Below, in pieces: positions 35,294 to 43,272 of a stretch of 43,272 nt of DNA. Source of the DNA: Octopus bimaculoides (lineage: Eukaryota); the NCBI RefSeq assembly GCF_001194135.2, contig NC_068994.1, positions 1,504,085-1,547,356 of the forward strand. The letters are read 5' to 3'. A program made the position numbers and the translations under genes. Position 1 is the first letter of the stretch. Each line of letters opens with the position of its first letter. A model generated the notes under the pieces. That model was not told where the DNA came from and did not search any database. It saw only the letters and a program-made list of their open reading frames with translations.

Positions 35294-35446
35294 GCTAATC
35301 TTAAGTAATATTGTTAGCCTGGTGTGCCAACAGAGAGCAGAGCTTATGAAGTATTTTGTCCAGATTGATAACCCCTCACTATTTGTTCTGTTATTTATAT
35401 ATGTATGTATGTATATATGTATATACACACATATATACATACATAC

Positions 35447-35496
<50 letters not shown>

Positions 35497-35543
35497 ACGG
35501 CAAATAAGGAAATGGAGAGGATACAAATATATATATATATATA

Positions 35544-36092
35544 CGAGGGTGAGTCACAAAGTAATACCATTTTGTTTAGGACAGGTATAATTACCAACAC
35601 AGGAACATGTATCATACATCAAAATGAAGTTGGTCCTCTGTGGATCACATCCCTACTTCTCAACATAGTCACCGTTTTTCTCAATAGCAATGTTCCACCT
35701 TCAAATGAGAGCATGTATCCCTGTCCCGTAAAATTCTGTTGACTGTTCTTTGAGCCACTTCTTCACTACAGTTTTCACTTCCTTGTCACAGGAATAATGT
35801 TTGTGTCTCAAACCCTCTTTCATGGGGCCGAAGAGATGATAGTTAAGTGACGAGGAAGTGAAAACTGTAGTGAAGAAGTGGCTCAAAGAACAGTCAACAG
35901 AATTTTACAGGGCAGGGATACATGCTCTCATTTGAAGGTGGGACATTGCTATTGAGAGAAATGGTGACTATGTTGAGAAGTAGGGATGTGATCCACAGAG
36001 GACCAGCTTCATTTTGATGTATGATACATATTCCTGTGCTGGTAATTATACCTGTCCTAAACAAAATGGCATTACTTTTTGACTCACCTTTG
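35544..36092. mobile_element. Mariner-derived fold-back (palindromic) element: 246-bp arms and a 57-bp spacer
   Basis: Arms 35544-35789 and 35847-36092 are reverse complements with about 13 mismatches by eye. The termini are TA-CGAGGGTGAGTC... in TA microsatellite. The minus strand encodes NYHLFGPMKEGLRHKHYSCDKEVKTVVKKWLKEQSTEFYGTGIHALI, a mariner transposase C-terminus. Confidence 0.9.
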
Positions 36093-36781
36093 TGTATATA
36101 TATATATACACACACACACACATATATCTTTACACCCATTTATTAATATATACACATGTCCATATAGAGATCCCAGCCCTCTGTCACTTCTACCATTTCA
36201 CTATATGTTTCACCATGGGTCTTCAGCCCCTCTTCACCCCCAACAACCAATCATAAAAAGTCACCCTTTCTACTCAATATTCATGAAATCTACCCATCAG
36301 TGGGAAAGAGGAATTCTTTGTTGTCATTAGAGGTAACAGTTCCTTCAACTTTCTGCAACCCATCTTTTTATTCTGGCTCCTTTTAGAGTCCCCAGCTTTT
36401 CTCTTAATTAGGTTACCATAGTTACAAAAGCAATAAACAACGTCTAGGGGAGACCTTCCAAGCATTTTAGGGAATATGATGCAAATGTACATATGCGTGT
36501 GCATGTACATGTAAGTATACATACACGCAATCATTATGATCATCATCAGCCTCATTGAACATCTGCTTTCCATGCTGGCATGAGTTGCACGATTCAACAG
36601 GGATCCAAAAATCAAAGACCCGTATCATGCTCTAATGTCTGTTTCTCGCTTGGTTTCTACAGCTGGATGCCATTCCTAATGTCAACCATTTTACAGAGTC
36701 TACTGAGCACTTTTTATGTGGCACCAACCCTAGTGAGGCTACCTTGCGAAATTAAGGGCCTAAAGGAGCCCCCCCTATAAC

Positions 36782-36860
36782 TGAGAGAGAGAGAGAGAGA
36801 TGATTTGTTTTTTTTTTTGGCAATATGATGAGAAAGAGCAGGGTACGGTGAGGGGATCAG
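36782..36860 (+). repeat. Segment duplicated at 37455-37536, abutting an assembly gap
   Basis: gagagatgatttgttt...ggcaatatgatgagaaagagcagggtacggtgaggggatcag occurs twice; the first copy ends exactly at the N run. Confidence 0.85.
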
Positions 36861-37028
36861 NNNNNNNNNNGTCAAATGTAAATAATGTACATAATTCCTC
36901 ATTTCTTAAATATAGAACTAAAAAATATATGAAATCTATTTGGACTTTGTTATATAATTCTAAATTTGGTACTGAGGATTTTGCCTGTTATAAAATCAAT
37001 CTCAGGAAGTAACATTGTATAATTTTAA

Positions 37029-37044
<16 letters not shown>

Positions 37045-37068
<24 letters not shown>

Positions 37069-37230
37069 CCCCCGACCATCGCTTGACAACCGATGCTGGT
37101 GTGTTTATGTCCCAGTAATTTAGCAGTTCGGCAAAAGAGACCGATAGAACAAGTCCTGGGATCGATTTGTTTGACTAAAGGCAGTGCTCCAGCATGGCTG
37201 CAGTCAAATGAATGAAACAAATAAAAGAAT
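37045..37230 (+). mobile_element. SINE 3' portion
   Basis: cttgacaaccgatgctggtgtgtttat...gtgctccagcatggctgcagtc...aaataaaaga. Reverse-complement pieces occur at about 18740, 33500 and 34100. Confidence 0.75.
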
Positions 37231-38249
37231 AAAAGAATATATGTATGTATGAACGTATATATATACACAAATTAACATATATACATACATATAAATACAA
37301 ACACATGCACACACACGCACATTCATATAACATGGATTGGATGTGATATTAATGGAAGTGAAATAACTCTTGAAATATCTATATATTCCCATTATCTATC
37401 TTTTCTATCTTCAAGTGTATTGTTTATATTGATGTATTCATATACAAAACATCTTGAGAGAGAGAAAGAGAGATGATTTGTTTTTGTTTTTTTTGGCAAT
37501 ATGATGAGAAAGAGCAGGGTACGGTGAGGGGATCAGTGTTATAGTTGTGAGAGAGTAGTCGCAGTTGAAGGAGGGAGTATTGAAGGAAGAGGGGCAAAGG
37601 AACAGGGAATTAATGGGATTAAAATGAGAAAGGGAGCGAGAGAGTGGGGGTAAGGGTGATGAGGTATGTTGTGTGCAGGTTGTCCAGGGCTGTCCTACAT
37701 TATTCCTTCATGCTCACCATTATAAGATTAGATGTATGGAAAGGGTGGAAGAAGGGAGCATGAAAGAGAGAGAGAGAGAGAGAGAGGGGGGGTTTGCAGC
37801 GGGGCAGGCAAGTAAGCATCCTATGTGGTGAGATGAGAGGAGGTATGGTCGATGGAGCGATAAGTGAGGTGGACAGGGAAATAGATGCACGCACCCAAGG
37901 TGGGCAGAGGCAGAGTGATGAGGAAGGGGTGACAGAATCTCTCACACAGAGGTTGAGTGAAGGATGGTAGGGTAGAATGATTGGGTGGTATGCAGGGTGG
38001 CCAGTCATAGTGTGGTGGGGGAGATAAGCAACGGAGGGGGTATGAGAGAGATGAGATGATTGAAGTGAATAAGAAAATGGGTGAAAGAGAGAAGGTGATT
38101 AAAGGGGAGATAAGAAGTAGGAGTGCAGAGGGTGGCAGGAAATATGGGCTTGGCAGGATGTAGATATATACATACCAATACACTTGTGTGTGTGTATATA
38201 TAAACATACACCCACACATATACGCATTTACACCAATGTATATAAATAT

Positions 38250-39600
38250 ACACACACATGCCCATATAGAGATCCTGGACCCTCTATCATTACTGTAGTT
38301 TCCCCACATATTTCACCATGGGTCGGCAGATCTTCTTTGCCCCCTCCCCAACCACATACCACTGGTCACTACAGCCTTTTGTCATCTCTGTTACAAGATG
38401 CAGCGTCACAACTTTATTATATGTTTTTTGCCCCAGTTGCCTTCTTGGAGTGCAACAGTGTTTCTTTATGCAACAGTCATTGCCCCCCCCCCCCATGCCC
38501 ATGCCCATCCCCATAACCAGTACCTCTCTTGCCCACCCCATCTCATTCCTTTTATACACAGCTTTCTTCTCAGCTCATTTCTACTTTGCTCTTCATACAC
38601 ATTAACATTACACATCCAATGGAGAATGTCTAGTTTCATTTCATGCCAGTCGATGCAGACTCTCTGCATCCAAAGAATTACCATGCAGCATCATAGTCCT
38701 AGCACAAGCATCCTACAATCTACCTTTCACTCTGAGGGAGAAGGGAAGGCCTTCACTGCAAGCAGAATTTACAGTATCACCCTGAACTTTTCCCACCTCC
38801 ATTCTTTCCTTGGCTACTTTATTTACAAAAAAACCACCTCCACTGCAAGTCATAGCATATAAGTAACAAAAATTATTAGTTATCTCCAGCGAACCATCTG
38901 GGTCTTTCTAAGAATCTATTTCTGGTGTATTCCAAGTACCTATTGCACCAACACATCTATCATACACAAAGCTCACTTTGTTAGTGTGTGTCTATGAATC
39001 CGTTACATCTCTTGGATGTCCATAACTCACATTGGATAGAGGTTTTGCTTCATACACCTTTTCAGCATATCAAGCAAGGTCATCTCCCCCAAGATACCAG
39101 ACTTCTATCTTCTTTAGTATTTCCTAACACCTCAGTCTTTCTTAAATTCACCTTTAGGCCTCACAATTCTAGATTTTACTTCCTTGCTTGGAATTTCTTC
39201 TATAATTCCGCCAGAGATTTAGCTATAAGTATAAGAAGCTTATCATCAGCATAAAGGATTTCCCTTGGACAGCTGGTCTTAAACTCTTCTGTGATGACCG
39301 GTAGGACAATAACAAATAGGAGACGCTTGAAGACTGAATTTTCAGTGGATTCCAATCTCCACACTAAATTCATTGCAGACCTTTTGCTAAATCTCACATC
39401 ATTCCTTCCTATGTAGCTTTTATAAGTTATTCATCTACAACCAATTTCCTCAGTGACCACCAAATTTTTAGGCATAGCACCTGGTCAAATGCCTTCTCCA
39501 GGTCAATGAACGTGAGATTCAGTGCTTTACTCTTAGCTGAGTACTTCTCTGGTTGTTTCATCATTACAAAGATTGCATTTGGGGTACCAGTTCTCCCATC
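38250..39600 (-). mobile_element. Decayed RTE LINE (RT through 3' end), same clade as 1-322
   Basis: [25 protein letters not shown]; ITEEFKTSCPREILYADDK; EMKLDILHWMCNV...ELRRKLCIKG. It ends in a microsatellite tail, and the tail-proximal segment recurs at about 36150-36230. Confidence 0.85.
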
Positions 39601-39811
39601 TTGTTTCCTTTTACTGGTTTTTCTTCTGGGTTTTACACACACACACACATATCCATAATATGCGTGAGTGTGTATATATATTACAAAACAAAAGCAGTGG
39701 GAATGAGAATATGTAATATGTACACATGCATGTATATACTTATGTGCGTGTGTATGTTTGCATCTATGTTTGATATTGTAAGTATATTCATTACATTTAC
39801 ATGGATGTGAG

Positions 39812-39855
<44 letters not shown>

Positions 39856-39879
39856 TATATATGTGTATATATATCTATC

Positions 39880-39915
<36 letters not shown>

Positions 39916-40309
39916 CATGCATGCACATATATATGTATAAGTATATATATATATATATAGATATGTATTTGTGTGTATATATATATATATAATGTATGTA
40001 TCTATGTATGTGTGTATATATATAATGTGTGTATATGTATATGTGTGGATATATACGTATGTATATATTCTTATGCATGTATGCATATTAACCTTGCCTG
40101 TCTGTCTATATATATATATACGTATATAGATTACATATACACAGTGTTATCTGTGTTAGTTGGAGACTGCTCAGGCCTCTTTGTCTTGTGATGTTGTCAT
40201 AGTAACAACCCCCACCCCCACACTAACCCTGCTACTATCATACCTGCACTCACCTTTTTATTACAAACACCTACCGATCATTCACACATAACAGCACACA
40301 CATACAACA

Positions 40310-40343
<34 letters not shown>

Positions 40344-40389
40344 CATAAATAAGTATATATATATATATATATGTAATTATGTGTGTGTA

Positions 40390-40426
<37 letters not shown>

Positions 40427-40779
40427 NNNNNNNNNNATATATATATATATATATATATGTGATTACGTGTGTGTGTGTGTATCTATATATATATATATAT
40501 GTATGTATTATATTTAATGAACTTCACTGTGAATGGGATGTGATAAGCTATCCTATTACCATATTAACACTGGTATTGAATAATGGTATTGTGCTGGTGG
40601 TGGTGCTGGTGGTGGTCTACTCACACACCCCCACATCCCAGGTCAGCTGTGATGCAGCCATTCCTGTGGTGACCAACACTTCTGTTATCTAAGTCATTTA
40701 AACCTGTAGATAGGGGATGATGTAAGGAAAATATGACTGCTGTTTTTAGCACTTATGACCTAATATAACCTACCTAGTG

Positions 40780-41262
40780 GCTGTAGTTGTGGTGGTGTTG
40801 TCTAATGATGGTACAGGGGTTGTATTGCGTGGTATATGATAGTGTTGTATGTGCTAGTATGGTGAATAGCGGTATGTTGGTATAGTATATAGTAGCATCT
40901 GAAATAGTGGCTATATATATATTTACACACACACACATATATGGTAGTGTTTTGTGTAGTGACATTGAGTATTGGTTAGGAGTGGTTACTGCTACAGCCC
41001 ATACAACAATTGCTCTTGTGGTAGTTAGTGAAGTAACTGTTGTATTTTTGTTGTAGAAATGGATGTAGTGTAGTGGTGGTTGCAATTGTTGTATTCCTGC
41101 TGTGGTTGCTGTGATGTTCTGGTGGTAGTGGTTGTAGTGTAGTTCTGTTCTTTGTTTTTTGCTGCTGGAGTAGTTACTGTCATAATGTCATAGTTGTTGC
41201 TACTGTTACAGTACATGGTGTTTGATGTTGTATTGGCTGTGATGCAAATAGTGGTTGATGTA

Positions 41263-41295
<33 letters not shown>

Positions 41296-42060
41296 GGTGG
41301 TGATAATACTGGGGAAGAAGCAGTGAAGTTCCATCTGTAGAGTAACATCAAGTGAGGACAGAGGTAGGAGAGAGAGAGAGAGAGAGAAAGGAAGGAAGAA
41401 TGTATGAGAGAGAGAGAGAGAGAGAGAATGATTAAAGAGAAGGTGGCTAAAGTGTGACAGGAGGAGAGACACTTCTCCAACAACAACAACAACAACAACA
41501 ACAATGACAACATCAACAACAACAAGGAAGTGAAGAAGGAATAAATCTTACTTGTTCAGTTGTGTCCATGTTTTTATATATCCTGTGTAATGGTGATGAC
41601 GACGGCGGCGGCGGCGGCAGCGGAGGAGGTGGAGGAGGAGGAGGAGGAAGAGGAGGAGACGGTAGCGTAACGGAGGGGAGTAGGGAAGCGGTAGAGGGAT
41701 GTGGTAGTGTTTAGTGATGGTAGTGAGGGGGATGCTGGGTGTCATGTGCCATGTACTATATGGTGGTGGTGGTGGTGGTGGTGATGGTGATGGTGGTGGT
41801 GCTGAGGTGTCTAGTGGTGATTTAGTGTTGTAGTGTGTGGTGGTAGTGGTGATGGTGTGGGATCCTGTGGTGGTGGCGGTGGCATGTAGTGCAAGGATAG
41901 TGTTGTTAGGTGCGATGGTCTAGTGGTATGTAGTGGCAGAAGCGTAGTGGTGTCTAGGGATGGTATTGGTGTAGTGTTGTATGAGTGTAGTTGTCTGTGG
42001 TGTGGTGGTGTCGGTGGTGTAATGTAGTCTACTGCAGTGTGGTGTGGTGTTGGATTCCTG
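40780..42060. repeat. Cryptic trinucleotide low-complexity region (GTG/GTA/GGA/CAA)
   Basis: Directly visible degenerate triplet runs. Similar tracts occur at about 4720-5320, 24720-24830, 25560-25930 and 28320-28590. Confidence 0.85.
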
Positions 42061-42558
42061 TCTGGTGGTCGTTCTCAGAAGTGTGTGTGTGTGTGTATGT
42101 GTATATGCGTGCATGCGTGTCTATGCATATATATGTATACATATATATATACGTGAGCATGTGCTTGTGTTGGGGGACAGGGGTAGGGGAATGTATTTTC
42201 ACTGTGGTTGTTATTCAGCCCCAGGAGGTCAGCCCTGATCAGGCAGACCTAGGATCAAAGGTAATCCAACTGTGACCATCCTGATGAATTTTAGGGATAT
42301 CTAGGACTACATTATCTCATGTGTCCGTTCATTTCTTTTTTTGTTTCATCAGACAATAGAATGTGATTTGAGGGTGATTTGGCTGCTATTTCCTATCAGG
42401 CCGGCTGAGTGACACGTAGTGGCTTTCTCCGTAATGCATGTATGCATAATATATATACACATATATATATCTTTATACATATATATTACATATATATATA
42501 TCCCGGTGTGAAGTTTGTCTGTGACTGTTAACTGTTCTTGTGACTGTAGTACAACTCA

Positions 42559-42599
<41 letters not shown>

Positions 42600-43232
42600 T
42601 GATAGACAAACAGAGAGGAATATAAGCTTATATGTGTATATATATGTATGTATATGCAGACAGACAGGTGTAGAGATGATGGAGAGTAAAAAGACAAGAA
42701 GAGAGAGAGAGCGAGAGAGGCAGAAAGAGAAAGAGAAAGAGAGACAGACAGACCGGCAGAGGAAGAGTCTGAAAGAATTATGGATAAACAGAGGGAGAAA
42801 GAGAGGATGTAGAGGTGCATGTGAGGAAAGAGGTGGGTGGAGATGTGTGAAGTGGAGGAGAGTGGGGCGAAGTGGTCAGGCGACAGTAAAGCTCAGACTG
42901 ACAGTGGTATATGCATACACGCACACATACACATATATAGGTGCACACATACGTACATATTGTGTATGCATGCATACACACAGATATAATCACAGCTATA
43001 ATACAAACTAACTGGGGATACACCACTGATATACACACACACACATATACATACATCTATATACATATATATATGTATATAATTGTGTATGTATGTATAT
43101 ATATGTGTGTGTATGTATGTATGTGAGTGACTGACTATGAACAACGTACAAATGATACATTAATAAATATATATATAATCACATATACATACATACCTAT
43201 ATATACATACATATGTGTATATATATGTATAC

Positions 43233-43272
<40 letters not shown>

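Noticed and set aside
37700-38170. G-rich purine tract with possible G-quadruplex or Penelope-like coding relic
   Set aside because: No clean four-G-run pattern and no convincing protein motif; compositional bias explains it.

Overview
AT-rich, microsatellite-dense animal genomic DNA with three short N gaps (29447-29475, 36861-36870, 40427-40436). The protocadherin type and the repeat landscape point to a coleoid cephalopod, probably Octopus; this is an inference and I cannot fix the species. The only convincing host coding sequence is one large minus-strand protocadherin exon (9921-12358; probable ATG at 12326). It encodes a signal peptide, six cadherin repeats, a transmembrane helix and about 82 aa of cytoplasmic tail, and it has a strong splice acceptor and a strong donor. 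Its partner exons could not be identified with confidence. The rest is intron or intergenic DNA: SINEs, decayed RTE, CR1-like and RLE-type LINEs, mariner, hAT and piggyBac-like relics, and simple repeats. Almost all other ORFs in the track are low-complexity or antisense artefacts. The best leads are: (i) the cassette-like protocadherin exon; (ii) a degenerate EC3-EC4 calcium linker whose AAT codons could be recoded to Asp by A-to-I editing; (iii) hammerhead-ribozyme core motifs in a non-canonical order at about 27.8 kb; (iv) a fold-back element built from two mariner right ends; (v) a 5'-inverted RTE; and (vi) internally deleted LINE copies. None of these is shown to be a new system; each is a testable hypothesis.
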